Positions 12,391-26,326 of a stretch of DNA of 64,000 nucleotides are shown here, in pieces. The notes under the pieces are model-generated. The model worked only from the letters and a program-made list of their open reading frames with translations. It did no database searches and was not told where the DNA came from. The number at the start of each line of letters is the position of its first letter. Within the stretch, counting starts at the first letter, position 1. Made by a program: the position numbers and the translations under genes. Source of the stretch: Vicugna vicugna (lineage: Eukaryota); assembly GCA_013265495.1 (NCBI GenBank), contig MU058337.1, positions 6,616,716-6,680,715 of the forward strand. The letters run 5' to 3'.

Positions 12391-13284
12391 AGTCCCCCAT
12401 CCAGCCAAGCTTCGATTACGTGAGAATCACCCACCAAAGCTATGGTTCTGTTTACACTTCTGATGTGAAACTGCGGACACCGCCCCAAATCAGAAGGGAT
12501 GAGAGACAGGCCTGCTGGACTCCATAAATGTCTTCTTACACCTGAGCAAGACGATCTGTGCATTGTTATTTCCTAAAAGTGCTTTGGATGAGATTGATGC
12601 ACCCAGCCTCGCAGGCCCACTTCACCTCCCAGCTGGGCACCCTGGTCCACTCGCACAGTTGAGAGGTGCAGGGGTGGCCTGTCCTCTGATTCCCTTTGTG
12701 AATCCTTGATCTGGGGAAAGGACCTGGCCCGAAGGCCTCACAGTGAGTTTCTTCTCAACCAGAATAAAACCAAGATAACTGTACGTCTTCATACAGAGCA
12801 CAGAACAAGATGTCAAGGAATCCAGAGAAATTCTTCCCTCAGTCATTTGCCTAACTTGGAAGGTCCTCATCTCAAGCCACCAGGCTGGAAATATCCTGGT
12901 GGCTTTGTGAGTTGTGTTTGTGCTATGTGGGCAATTCTACTTTTGAAAGGCAGAAGCCTGAGACAGCCCCGGTGTGTACAAGACTTCCACGATTGAGAAA
13001 GAGTTGTCAAACGTGGCTCTGCTATAAGTAAGATCTTGTTTTTCAAGCTTTAGATGCTGAGGGGTTTCTCTAAGATGCTCTGGGGCAAATGTTCAGGCAG
13101 TTGAGTTAAAGAGCCTTGGGTACACATATGCATAGGAAAAAGCCTGGAAGAAAAGATGGCAAAATATTTACCAATGATTATCTCTGGATGTTGGGGTTGG
13201 TTATGCTATTGATTTTCTCCTTTATGCTTGAGAACATGTTCCAAACTGAATACAATCGATTACTTTCATCAGAAAAACAGTTTT

Positions 13285-13471
13285 ACAACAAGGACCTACT
13301 GTACAGCACAGGGAACTATCCTCAGTTTCTTATAATGAGATGTAATGGAAAAGAGTCTTAGAAAGATGTACATATGTATGTATACGTGTAACTGAATCAC
13401 TTTGCTGTACATATGAAACTAACATTGTAAGTCAACTACACTTCAATAAAAAATAAGAATTAAAAAAAAAA
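13285..13471 (+). mobile_element. L1 3' terminal fragment
   Basis: ACAAGGACCTACTGTACAGCACAGGGAACTAT...CTGAATCACTTTGCTGTAC...poly(A). Confidence 0.8.
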
Positions 13472-14669
13472 GTAGTTTTAACGTTCACTTTCTTCAGAGT
13501 CCCAGCTAAGCTGGACAAAGGTGAGTGACAGGTGAGATGTAAAAGAGACCAGGACATCAATTCATCAACACTGTTTATTCCAACTCCTCGTGTGTCCAGC
13601 ATTGTGCTGGGCAAGGTGGGGGATGCCCAGTAGACACCATAGTCCTGCCTTCCGGGAGGCAGGACGGAGAAGAAAGGTAAGGGACACCTAGTGTTTACTA
13701 CATCCCAGACACGGTCCGTTCACATGTCACTCCGTTACTTCCCACGGAGGTCCTCTGGGAGGGCTGTTACTGTTTTTCGTGCTTTACAGAGAGGAAACTG
13801 AAGCTCAGAAAGTGAAGCAGCTGGGCCAGCCCTGGACCTCCCGCCCCAGAATCACCGAGCCGGTGAGAGTTCACTCACCTGGGGCAGAGCGGACCGTGGG
13901 AGGTGGTGTGACTCAGTGTGGCTTCCCTGCAGGAGTGTGGCCGTCAGTCACTTACTCTGGAAAGCAAGCAAGTCACCTGAACTTTCTCAGGAGGCAGAAG
14001 GAGGTTCGGTCTTATGAAAGCAGCGCCCAGCTGGAGGCTGTCACCTGCCGGACTCTTCAAGGCACAGTGAGCTGGAGACGGGGCAGTGTGAGGTGGCCGG
14101 ATGCATGTCCCCAGAGCCCTGGTAGGCGTTGCCAGGTAATCAGTGAGATGCACTTAAAATTTAAAGACTGGCTGCTGAGTACCTTAAGAAACTTCAAAGT
14201 TGGACTTATTTTTATTATTCTTTTTGTGCTGTAAAGTCAGGCAGGCACATTTCTAATAAACCTGGTAAAAGACTAAGGCGTGCATAGGCAAAAGATTTTT
14301 TTTTTTAACACAAAACCCACTAAACTCCCCACAGACATCAGACATTTAACACGACTCAGGGCCTGTGGTTCTCCTTCCCCGGGTGTAAAATCTGCGTGAG
14401 CAAACGGCAGCTGACCTCTGAGCGTGGGTCCTCTGACATCAGCAAGGAGCAGCTTGTGCTTTTGGGAAATTCAAGCTCTGAAACCCTGTTTTTCTTACTG
14501 AGAAGCAGTAATGTCACCAAATAACCAAATAACCCATCGCTGAGTCCTGAGGCCATTCTGACCTATGAGTCTTTGAAGGCCATTTCTGTTTATTTCTCCT
14601 TTGTGGTGACAGACGAGTGTGGGTGTTACCTCTGGAGCTCATTGAAAGACTTCACTGACTGAGGTCATT

Positions 14670-15055
14670 TGTATGAGTCGGCTAGGATGATGAAACACAG
14701 CACCACAGACTGGGAACGTTGACCAGCAATTTATTTCCTCACAAATCTGTAGGCTAGGAGTCCGGTCTGAGATCAGGGCGTCAGCAGGGCTGGTTTCGTC
14801 CGAGGTCGCTTTCCTTGGCTCGTGGATGGCCGTCTTCTCCCTGTGTCGTCGCCTGGTCTTCCCTCTGTGTGTGTCTGTGCCCTAATCTCTTCTTGTAAGG
14901 ACACCAGTCCTATTGGATTAGGACACACCTAATGACCTCATTTTAATTTAATTACCTCTTTAAAGACCCTGTCTCTGAATACAGTCACATTCTGGGATCC
15001 TGGGGGTTAGAGCTTCAACAGATGAGTTTGGGGGGACACAGTCCAGCCCATAACA
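14670..15055. mobile_element. MLT1 (MaLR) LTR
   Basis: CACCACAGACTGGG...TCTTGTAAGGACACCAGTCCTATTGGATTAGG...CAGCCCATAACA. Confidence 0.8.
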
Positions 15056-17819
15056 TTGCTGGGAGGAACAGGATGCTGTAGAAATACTCTGCTTTATCTT
15101 TTACAGACCAAGGACCAGACTATGTGAGGCCCTGTGAGAAGGTGACCTTCCCTACCCACTGTAAACTCAGGATAGGAGTTCTGGTGAGGATTCTCTCAGC
15201 CCTCAGCTCCCACGAACTGGGACTCATCCTTCCAGCTCAGACCATGCTCTGAGGAAAGGGATGCCTAATACAGGCAGTTCAGATGCCCACTAGGACCCTG
15301 CAGATCCCTGGGACACCCCCTTGCCATCCTGCAAGAGGGCAGAGATGATTCACACCTGAACAGCCCAGGTGTTGGGTTTTCTACTTGCTCACTGCCTTGA
15401 AGCAATTCTGTATCCATGGGAGTTTAGGGGTGGGGAGGGGGACCTTCCCAGGTCATCCAGAGTGAGGGCACCAGGGTGATTTGGAGACACAAATGCCACG
15501 CACAGAGGCAGAGTCATGACCACCCTATCGAGTCCCTCCCCTCCCCTGCCCCAATCGGTTCTGGAAGGTTGTGGCTGGATTTATTCACCCGTTCAACAGC
15601 AGCCTGCAGGGGCCAGATCTGTGCTGGGCACAGGTGCTTGTGATTCAAAGCAGCAAAACAGACAACGATCTGTGAGCTCATGGAGATGTTATTCCAACGA
15701 AGAGGGCTGGGAACAGAGGCAGGCTGCACCCAGAGGTGTTTCTGGTGAAATGTCCACTCAGTCTCAGGGAGCTGGGGACTCCCGGCCTCCTCTGTTGAGG
15801 GTTTCTGGGTGGTTTCCTGTTTCAGCCCCACAGCCAGGGGAAATTTCTGCTTTTTGCTCTTCTGAGCTCTAGGTTGAGACACGCACACACTTGATGAGGG
15901 ATTTTTTTGGTTAAAGGAAAGTTTTATGTCCTTGTGTGTACTTCTTCATAGATCCTGAAAACTCAGTTCAAATGTCACTTCCCATGAGAAACCTTGTCTG
16001 ACCCCACCGCCCCCTCTTCTGTGCTCTCACAGCGTGAATCACCCTGCACTCAGTTGTCTGTCGGGTCCAGCTGTGTGCCTCCCCCAACCCCTGGGTTTCT
16101 CTCTCTGCCTTACTGTCTTTGTATCTACCATAGGCCACCAGCATCTGGCAGAGAGAATGGGAAGGATTGAATGACAAAACAGAAAACCGGGTGGAATACC
16201 TCCACCTTGCCTTTGGTCTGGGGTCCAGCACCACCACAATCTTTCTGAAACCCAGAGTGGGTCTATGACCACGTGATTCAAAGCAGCAACGAGTATAAAC
16301 AATATTTTGAGATATTGATAGCAAGAAAAGTGTGGTATGAAAATCTCTGCTTCCAGCTAAACATCCCTAGTTTCGGCTAAAACTAAGGGATTACTGCCTG
16401 TGTTTATAATAGAAGGGAATGCTCAATTTCCATGAGAGGTTAGTGAGAATAAAGATATAAATTTTCCTATTCCATAGACCCTGTAAGTTCACAGATCCTT
16501 TGAAGGATCCACTGACACATAATTAAGGTCCTCCACGCTAGAACTTTCATATCCCAGTTTGTACTTCGCCCTTTCACTTTGCAACCCCCCAGCCAGCTCA
16601 GATGCAAGGTTTTGTCACCTCCTAAACCTTGGGGTGGCCTGGAAGTCAGGCACCCTCAGGTCCTGTGCTCTACCTGCATGGCGTCCTCCAGCTGCCGACA
16701 GAACTCAGCCCTTTTCCTGCTCCCCCCACTGGACCCCAGTTTTGCAAAAGGCATCAGATGCAGGGAATTACAGCAAACAAGCTAGGAGCCCAGCAGACAG
16801 TCCCTTCTCCCTAGGGGCCCTTCTTGGCTGCCCCACTGCCAGCGTTTGCTTCCTTTTCTCTTTCTCCCTTCTCCCCAGCACTGCACAGTCTCTCTGGCTT
16901 CCCCTGTCTACATTTCCTTCCTCTTCTTTTCACTCCACAGACAAGTCGGCTCTGCCCCAGCCCTGCCCAACCCAGCAGCTCAGGTTCCCCACCCAACACA
17001 AGACTCTTCTTGGGCAGATAGTTCAACAATTGCAAACTATTTGTCAAAATGTTATTTACCAAACACACTCAGAACTCAAGACTAACTTGGATGAATAAAA
17101 TTTTCTACATCCTATTATGGCAGGATCAAGTGTTCTTTGAAGAATCTTGCTTCTTTGGGATTTTTCCCCACTGACGTGTCCTTCCTGGAGCAAAGACATG
17201 ATCTATATTTATCACTGTCGCTTCTGTTTCCTTAGCCATTGGCCATTGGCCATCGGTTTATTTCAGGTAATTAAGTGTAACCCAGACTCTACATTAAACA
17301 CAAAAACTTCATGACAAGTAGGTTTAGTCAACAAGGCACGAATGAATTATCGTTAAGGGATCTATCAGTGCAGCTCACTGCATTGAACCAGACAGTTATC
17401 TCAACAGACACACACACACCACCACAACCACCACCACCATTTGACAAAGCTGGATCTTGTTGATAAACTCTTAGCAATTGAGGCACAGAAGCCACATTCC
17501 TAACCCTCATCAGAGTCTATCAGAAACTCACACAAATCTGACATATAATAGTGAAACATTAGAAAGAGGGGGTACCTGCCACCGCTGCTCCTCTTCAACC
17601 TTGCAATGTGTGTCCTTGACAACATAGGAAAGTAAGACAAAGGGGCCTGAGGCTAAAATGAGGAAAAAAATTTACTGTCACTATTGCAGGTGATGTGATG
17701 AACCTAGAGAATCCAAGGCATCAAATGAAAAACTAAGGGGAGACTTTGGTAAGGCAGTTGGCACAAGATCAACACACACAGATCAATGGCATTCACATCC
17801 AGTGGTGTGTGCATTGTGA

Positions 17820-18497
17820 AAAATCACAGAATATAGCAAGTGTTGGTGAGAATGTAGAGAAATTGGATCCCTTTGCATTGCTGGTGAGACTGGAAAATGG
17901 TACAGACACTGAGATTCCTCAGAAAATTAAACAAAGAATTACCCAGAAATTCCAATTCTGGATATGCATAGCCAAAGAAGTGAAAGCAGGGACCCAAGGA
18001 GATACTTGTACATGGGCTGTTTATAATGTCCACAGAAGCATTATTCACAATAGCCAAAAGGTCAAAGCAACCCAAGTGTCCATTGACATGAGTGTGTAAA
18101 CAAAATGTGACATACATGTACAATGGACTATTATTCAGCCTTAGAAAGAAAGGAAATTCTGACAGCTGCTACAACATGGGTGAACCCTGAAGACATTAGT
18201 TATGTGAAAGAAGCCAGACACAAAAGGACAAACATTGTATGAGGTCCCTAGAGCAGTCAAATTGATAAAGACAAAAAGTACAAGAGTGGTTGCTGAGGGC
18301 TGGAAGTAAGGGACTGGGGAATTATTTTTAAAGGGGACAGACTGTCTCTTTGGGAAGATGAAAAAGTCCTGGAGATGGATGGTGATAACAGTTGAACAAC
18401 AATGTGAATGCATTTAACGCCACAGAACTCTTCACTTAAAAATGGCTAAAATGGTCAATTTTTATGCTGTATGTATTTTGCTACAATAAGAAAAAAG
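17820..18497 (+). mobile_element. L1MB-like 3' end (older L1 pieces flank both sides)
   Basis: GCATTATTCACAATAGCCAAAAGG, TTCAGCCTTAGAAAGAAAGGAAATTCTGACA, A-rich end. Confidence 0.8.
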
Positions 18498-20102
18498 ATG
18501 GTTTTCTGAATCACCGACTATGATCACAAGAGTAACAGAATCTATAATGTAACCAAGAATGAAACCACTGACCAGCCTGTTACACTCACCATAGCACCGC
18601 AGGCTGCGGAACAGGCAAATCGATAAATGAAGCAAAGCTGAATGCAGAGTCCAGAACTCCCGGACACTCCACTTCAAAGAATCTACCAGATTCTACAGAA
18701 AAAGTGGATACATGCACGGGCATATGGACGAGGAGGCTCACAGCAATGACACTTGCCAAAGCGAGCAATGTTGAGAATGACACGTGTTCAGCTGTGTTAG
18801 AGAGGAGTCGGAGCTGTGAGCTCTGACGTGCGATGGTCTTGGCGCTATCTTGAGAAGCAAGTTTTCACAACATCCCTCGAGCATAATCTCATTTGTTTAC
18901 AGACAAAATTACAACTATGTCGTTGCATATTTATCTAGAGAGACTGATGCACGGAAATGTGTCTAGAAGCATCCATATCAGAGTGTTGTTGTGATTCGTC
19001 CTGGGGGACTTTTCCTTTATGAATTTTCTATGAGAACGTATTCAGGTAGTACTTGTGACTTTTTCCCCCCTTTAATACAATAGGAAGAGCCAGCCTTCTC
19101 AGTCCTGTGACAAGCTGGACTTGTCCATCTGTCCACCGGGCCGTCTCGGTGGAGTCAGCATTAGGGCATCGGTGGAGGGGGTGAGGATAAGAGCTAGACC
19201 TCCTGGCGGCCTTCCAGAAGAGGAGGTCTGCGGGGGACTGTTGGGGGAGGACCAGGATTCCACCCCTGGACAGGCGGGTACGAGACCTTCCCTTCTGGCA
19301 CAGCAGTCAGGTCGGTGTCTCTGGGTGCCCCATAACCTTTAGTACAGTCATCCTTGGCTTTGACTTTGGCTGTACATTGGAGTCACGTGGGAGGACTGAC
19401 AGGCTCCTGATCCTAATCTGCACTAGAGGATTCCCACTGCTTTGGTCCGGGGGTGGCCCTGGCCTTGGAGGTCATGCTGAGGGAGTCCATCTCTCTGAAT
19501 TCGGGGCCCTTCTGTTCTCCCATTACAGCCCCCACAGTGTTATTCAGGCTGGCACTTCCCACCTATGCAAGAGATATTTGAAACCAAAGGAGAGGTTTTT
19601 TTTGACATTTGACCTGACTGGTTTCTGCTCATCACTCTATCCCATTGAGATGTTTTGTTTTGTTTTGTTTTTTAACTTTTTTCACCTAGTGATTCTTTCC
19701 ATGTCTCTGTCACTGTGATGGGACATCCTCTCTGTCTCCCAGGCACAGAAGCCTCCCCAGGGCCAACCTCCCTGTCAGTTGGGTTGTTGCAGGAAGGCAT
19801 GGTTTCTGTATGACTGAAAATATCTTTCCTCTCCACTAATGAGGAACCAAGGCCCAGGAATACTCTATTCACAATAAAAAGAGACAAACTGCCGATATAT
19901 GACGGCCACAACATGGACCTCAAAGTCATTATGTTCAGTGGAAGCAGCCAGATGCCAAAGGCCATTTATTGGATGATTCCATTGACATGAAACATCCAGA
20001 ACAGGGCAAATCTATATGCAGAGAGAGTAGATTAGAAGTTGGCTGGGTCTGGGGTGGAACTGGGGGCATGACTGCAAGTGGACACAAGGGAACTTTTTGG
20101 GG

Positions 20103-20425
20103 TGTTGACCTGAAACCAATAAACTGCAGCTATTTCTCCAGCAAAGATGGGCTCACTTAGGATCAGAAGAGAATTACATTTCAGTGTCTGTAACCGTGGT
20201 GAGCCATGTGCAAGTCCCCACACAGCAAAGGGAGGAGAACCCTTTTATAGAGGAGGAAAGGAAGTTGGAGGGCTGTAGTAAACAAAGAGCCCATGGCGCT
20301 TTTCACTGGCTGAAAACTTGCTGGGAAAGGAGTCTTTCCTCTTCCTGTTGGGCTCTGCTGTGGTCACAGGGTGTGAGAGCTCCCCCTGCCAGTTCACTGA
20401 AGTTTCTGTTCATTTATTGTTTATA
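20103..20425 (-). mobile_element. Short ERV1-type solo LTR inserted into an L1 3' end (about 19860-20530)
   Basis: Flanked by a GGGG duplication; minus-strand TATAAAA; L1 sequence resumes after 20426. Confidence 0.55.
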
Positions 20426-22819
20426 GGGGTGTTGGGAATGTTTGATTGTGGGGATGATTGCACAACTCTAAGTTTACTAAGAGTCACTGAATAACACTCA
20501 CATGGTATATAAATTAGACTTCCATAAAGTGCACCAGGCTGGCTAGAGTTCAGCCCTCTTTCCAACAGTTATGAGCACTGCTTGGGTGAAGATGCAGTGT
20601 ATGATCTCAAACAGCTCAGCCTTGGCTCCCGAATCACACACCCAACTCAGCCAAACCAAAGCCCTAGGTCAGTTGGACCCACCCACCTTTTTACACTGAG
20701 CCCAGCCACCTTGGCAGAGGCCCCTTTTAACCTCTAGCCTTCGACAGGACTCCCCCTGAGGGCTGCGGGCTCTGCATCCCCCGCCACAGGTCAGCACGGC
20801 TGCCCGACTGGCCTCTGGCAGAGAGAGAGGTGCACCTGAGAAGCCTGTGCGTCTTGTTCTCTGAGGGCGGTGGGAATCTGAGGGCACACCATTCAGTGGC
20901 TCACGTGCTGACTGGTTGGAACAAGGGAAACTGTAACCCCATTGTCATGGAGTGACAGAGGGAGAGAGCCACTCAGTCCTTGCTGATAGCTGGTCCCCTC
21001 CCTTCCCCACTTCCATGCATCCTCTCCCTTCTCCCCTGCACCCTCTCATCTCTCCTCTCCTTCTTCCCTCCCACTCCACTTGCCCCCTTCCGTCCCATCT
21101 CTCCTCCATCCTCCCCTCCCATCTCTCCTCCATCCTCCCCTCCCTCCCCACTCCCTCTTCCCATGTGTGATGTACTGGGCACCATGTCCCGTGCAGATGC
21201 TGACTAGGAGGTGGGCATACAGCACTGAGCAAAACCAACTTGGACCTGTCTTCAGAGTTCACAGTTTATTGGGGGAGACAGAATAACCTAATAATCACAC
21301 AGATCAAAAGCTGACTCACACATAAGGTGCTGGAAGGAAAGGCCCATCGGGCAACGAGGGGTCCTAATTCAGAGTGTCCTTGATAAGCACTCGGCCAACC
21401 AAGGTGATACTGAGGTGGGGGCTTGAAGGCTGAGGGCCCCGCTGATGGAGGTGCATCTGGGTGGAGTGAAAGGTGGTCAGCAAGTGGGCAGCGGGCAGAG
21501 GAGGAGTCTGGCCCCTTCCCAAACCATCTCTGCCTCTTCCCACCAAAGTCAGCCACTAAGGAATCATACAACCCCAGTAAAAACAGAAGATGTGCAAATA
21601 CAGTCTCAAGACACCTGCTCACATTCCTCTTCCCTCCTCTGCATTTACCTGGTCAAACATGATGAATTGCAGCCTATGGGCTGTGGGCTGAGAAGAGCGT
21701 TGCTGAGTTGTGACTAGGGTAGGATACACCTCATTGATGTTATGACACCGCTGGCAGGTCAGGGGTGAATGTTGTGGGAGGCCTTTTGAGCTGGATGGCC
21801 TCGGAAATTTAGGTCCAAGGTGGGGTGGATCCCTTTCCTCCCAGGGGCTGTCCTGGCTGGAGCTGGAACATGGGGACTTGGGCCCTGGTGTTCATGGGCT
21901 GATAAGAGGTTGGGGGAAGGGCCCTCTGAAAAGCCCCACCAGGGCCCTAGATGTGGAGACAAGCAGGTGTTCGGAGCTCACTTCCTCCTCCCAGCCCACC
22001 CTCCCCTCCCCCCTTGGCTGGCCCCTTCTATTTATAGCGCTTCCTCTCCAGATCTCTGCACTTGAAAAGTGTCCTTGAAACACACAAAAAAGAGAAAAAA
22101 AATTCTGAAAAATGTCAAACCACAGGTCTTTTCCCCACTCTTCTTTTTAAGTTTCTAGGTTTGTACTATTCCTGGTTGACCCTGAAGTAGACAGGGTCAA
22201 ATGCGTGCCCTGAGTTTTAATGGTTCCGAAGGTGTTGCTGGGTCCTGGCTCCGGCAGCCCACTGGGGACCAACTCAAGGGGCAGAGGACTTGAGGTCCTT
22301 TCTCACAGTGAAGTGTGGGGCCACAAATGTTGGGCCGCGTCGAGCCAGTGATTCTGACAAGATCAGCGGCAGCGATCTCAGACAGTGATATGGAAGTTGG
22401 AAAATGTGCTGAACTGGAAGCCAGGATGTCATGGTCTAGTTCAAGCTGTGTTTAGAAACATCACTTACGTCTCTGAGCGTACTTTCCACTCTATAAATTT
22501 AAAAAGTTGGACTAAACCTGTGTTTAACAAACTTTTTTGATCCAGAGCACACACACGCCCATGACAAAAGTGACATGAAATAGTATTTATGTTTCATGTG
22601 ATGCATTCTTTTGTATTTTGTTCCATTTTTTTAAAAATTCTGATCATGACCCACTAAAATAATGTCAAAATCTACTATAATGGTTAAAATAGTAAATTTT
22701 GTTATATGTATTTTACCACAATAAAAACATTTAAAAACCCATTGTGATTTTTACAACAGTTGAAAAATACTAGATTATACAATATCTAAGTTCTCCTCCA
22801 ATTATTATTTTTAAAATCT

Positions 22820-22951
22820 AATTGTGCAATCACAGAGAAAAAGTGTGTATATGTCCATGTATGACTGAAAAATTGTACTGAACACTGGAATTTGACACAA
22901 CACTGTAAAATGATTATGAATCAATAAAAAGGTAAAAAAAAAAAAAGAAAA
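22820..22951 (+). mobile_element. Lineage-specific L1 3' tail with poly(A)
   Basis: ATGTATGACTGAAAAATTGTACTGAACACTGGAA...AATAAAAA followed by an A-run. Confidence 0.65.
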
Positions 22952-23481
22952 AGTGCCTCTTTGCTAAAATGTTGATTAATTAAAAATTTTTTAGATAATT
23001 AAAAATGTTTTCTCCCTTGCTCTCTGTTTCTCTTCTAAATATCGACTAAGTATGGTAACCAACTAAAACCGAACCCAAGGGTACTCTGTGGTCTGGCAAT
23101 TCCGCCCCAGTGAGTGCATATTCGCCAGAAGAAGTGCCCGGGAATGTTTGTAGCAGTGCTATCTGTAACAGCCTCAGCTGGATACAACTCAGCAGGAAAC
23201 ATGAAAATAAGTACTGATACATCCAAACAAAGGAACAGAGGCAGCAATGGAGTGAATAAACTACAACTAGTAATATGGGTGAGTTGCACCAAAACAATGT
23301 TGAACAAAAGAAGCCAGAGCTGGAAGAACATATACCAGGTGATTCCACTTACATCAACTTCAAAACCAGGCAAAAATAATCTAGGGCAAAGTCACCTTGA
23401 GAGGTAGTGACTGGAAGAGGCTTCTGGGGTGCCCAGAATGTTCTTTTTTTTTTAATTTAAGTGCTAGTACACAGGTGTGTT

Positions 23482-24091
23482 TTATAGAGGTTCAAAATGA
23501 GCCCCCTGCCCCTTGTGTCACTTTTGCAATGAGGATTATTTTGAGCTAAAGGCAATCAGTACCCTGAGGGTTGTGGAGAAATTACTGCCCCTCCCCTAAC
23601 TCTCTAGAAGAATTTAAATTGGGGATTTTTCCTAGAAAAAGATTTGTTATCAGAGAGAAATTTTACCTAAGTGGCCCCAACTGTACGTCAGGGAAAACAC
23701 ATCTAATTGCCCAACATCTGCTCTTCTCCTTATTGTCCTGTGAGTGACCCTCCTGTCCTTGGAGGCCCACGGCCCTTATCCCATCCCTCGTCTCAGGATG
23801 GAATAGCGACCTCATTTTACCTTTCTGTCTCTGAACTTCTCATGTTGGGGGGGGTCCCATAAATATGGAACTAAATTTGATTTCCTCTTGTCAATTTTTG
23901 TTTTGGGGATGAGGGAATTAGGTTTGTTTGTTTGTTTAATGGAGGTACTGGGGATTGAAACCCAGGACCTCGTGCATTCCAGGCAAGCTCTCTACCACTG
24001 AGCTATCTCTTGACCCCTTCTCACATCAACTTAATTCTTAGACCAGCCAGAAGAACCTAGAAGGGTAGAGGAAAGTTTTCTTCCTCCCTTA
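23482..24091 (+). mobile_element. ERV1 solo LTR (same subfamily as 26327 and 45516) with an inserted SINE
   Basis: TGAGGATTATTTTGAGCTAAAGGCAA...AAGTGGCCCCA...CCCAACATCTGCTCTTCTCCTT, shared with the other copies. Confidence 0.75.
23894..24017 (-). mobile_element. tRNA-derived SINE, camelid Vic-1-like
   Basis: GGAGGTACTGGGGATTGAAACCCAGGACCT...CTACCACTGAGCTAT (reverse B and A boxes) with a T-rich tail. Confidence 0.75.
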
Positions 24092-25399
24092 ATGAAAATT
24101 GATCGAGTTTATGACTTGTGCCCTTTTTTGTTATAGGTATACATAACATATATGACATATGTTATATTTCAGCAAAAGCTTCCTAAAAGAACAATGAAAC
24201 GTTGAGGAGATACTCCTTTGGGGGTCAACCTCTGCAACAAGCAAACTTTAGAAAGAAGAAGGCACACATTCATCCCGTACACACACACACGCACACACGT
24301 TGATTCGTGGTGACCGAGGGAGGTGCCGTGCAGGGCCCCGGGAAGGACAGCATCCCATCCTGCTGGCTGAGTGTGGGTCTAGGAGAAAGACTCACACAGC
24401 GATGACAGTGTCATCTAATTTTGTTGATTCTGCGCTTTTTCAGCTACAGGCTCATCAGTGAAGTTGACCTACAAAGAAGGGTTGCAGGTGGGAGTTGATC
24501 AGGGCTGGGGGTTGAGTGGAGCCCAGGGATCTCCCCAGCAGTTGCTTTTCTGACTAAATCTCTCCTGGGGGCATTTTCTTGTGAAATTTTTGCAAGCTGT
24601 CTTCCTCGCCTGATCCACCCATTTGGCATTTCCCTTGCATTCTTGGTTAATGTGCAGCCACAGAGGCCTCGTTCCCACAGCCTGAAGCAAGGCAGGTTTT
24701 TTCATGGATCACCAGCAGCGCCCAGCACAGCACCTTGAGCATGAAATGCGCTTAAATAACAACACTGACTGAAAGAGAGAAAAGAAGAAATAAATCTATT
24801 GAACTGCAGTTTCCTCCTGAAGGAAGAGTGCAGGGAGGAGAAAATACAGTTGTTTCCAGTTAACTGAGGGCTGGCTTGCATTCTTGGTGTGTGTTTCGGG
24901 GAGTGAGAGACACCCCGCCTTTTCCTTCTTGAAGAGCATTTGCTTGGGAGGCCAAAGGCTGGTCCAGGCTTCAGTGTCTTCTGTGGTCACCTGTGTGACT
25001 GCGGACGACTCCTATCACCTCGCCCACCGGCCCAACTTCTTCACCTGCAAAGCGGGAGGACTGGGCAGGAGACTGTTGAGTTCCTGTCTGGGGACTCTAC
25101 GAGGTGCGGGAAGACAGAGGGGGGCGGCTCTTCACCCCCAGCTGTCATCCTGTGTCCAGCACCACGTGGCTCTCAGTGACCTGGAGGTACCTCCACTTCC
25201 CGCTCAGACTAAAAGCTCCTGTGGGCGTGGATGTGTCATGGACTATGAGGTATCCCTGCTTCCATGGCTAGCACGGGGTACAAAGTTGATGCTCAATGAA
25301 TCCTTGTAAGAAGAAGGCTTCAGTGGAGGCAGGAAGACGAGCCAACTGGAGCTGAGAAAGATGGATTTGGAATAGCAATACCTCACCCCGGTCCTGTGT

Positions 25400-26120
25400 T
25401 CAGTAATCATTTACCAAGCCCCTCTTCCACATCAGGCCCTAGAGAGACTATGCATGAGGGCTCGTCACTTCCCCCAATGGCCCACAATCCCACCGAAGGT
25501 TGTCATTATCAGACGGTGTACACGGATATAGAGACGTGTAAGGTGCAATGGGAGATCAGAGAGGAGCATATACATTAGGTGGTGGGTGGAGGCAGTCAGG
25601 GTAGGCTGCTTGGAGGAGATGGTGCCAGAGCTGTCTTAAGTGAGGAAGTGTTGAGCAGATTTGACCAGGACTTGTGGGAGGGAGAAATGCATTCCAGGCA
25701 GAGAGAGCAGCAAACGCCAGGTCATGTAATTAGGATTGTGTCCCAAGAAAAAGCAGGGCCACTGCATTTTAGCAAACTCAGTCTTACAGTGGGACGGGGA
25801 ATATAATGTGTGTTGGAGGGTTGAGACTGAGAGCCTGGACTGGGAATTGAGAAAGCTGTGGCTGCCTTCCTGGAGAGAGATGGCGAAACCTGGACCACAG
25901 CAGTAGCCCCAAGCAGGTTGTGGAGAAGATGGCAAGGTGGATGGCAGGTTGAGGGAGAGCAAGGGAGGCGTGCAGGATGGCCTTGGGGTGTGCTTCTTGG
26001 AGATGGGCTGACCCAGGAGGTGGAGTAGATCTGAGGGCTTGAACATGTTGGCCTGATCCCAGAGTCCTAGAGAGTGGGCACGAGTCCTGGGTTGGAGAGA
26101 CAGCCTACTTGGCGGTGCCA
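25400..26120 (-). mobile_element. L2 fragment
   Basis: CATTTACCAAGC..., GGCAGTCAGGGTAGGCTGCTTGGAGGAG, CATTCCAGGCAGAGAGAGCAGCA. Confidence 0.6.
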
Positions 26121-26326
26121 TAGTCTTTGGTTCCCCCGGCGTTTCTCCCCCAGCACATTGCAGGATCCTACCTCCCTCCCCTCCTGAAGTGAGGTGTGGC
26201 CACGTGGCTGGTGTGGGTCAGTGAAATATGAGTGAAAGTGACACAAAAAGCCAGTGCACAGCTCCCCGCTCTTGCTTTCCCTTTGCTTCAGTGGCAGAAA
26301 GTATTTGGCAAATTGTTTCTCATCCC

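Noticed and set aside
20945..21286. Overlapping low-complexity ORFs
   Set aside because: They arise from a C/T-rich tract with a 24-bp duplication
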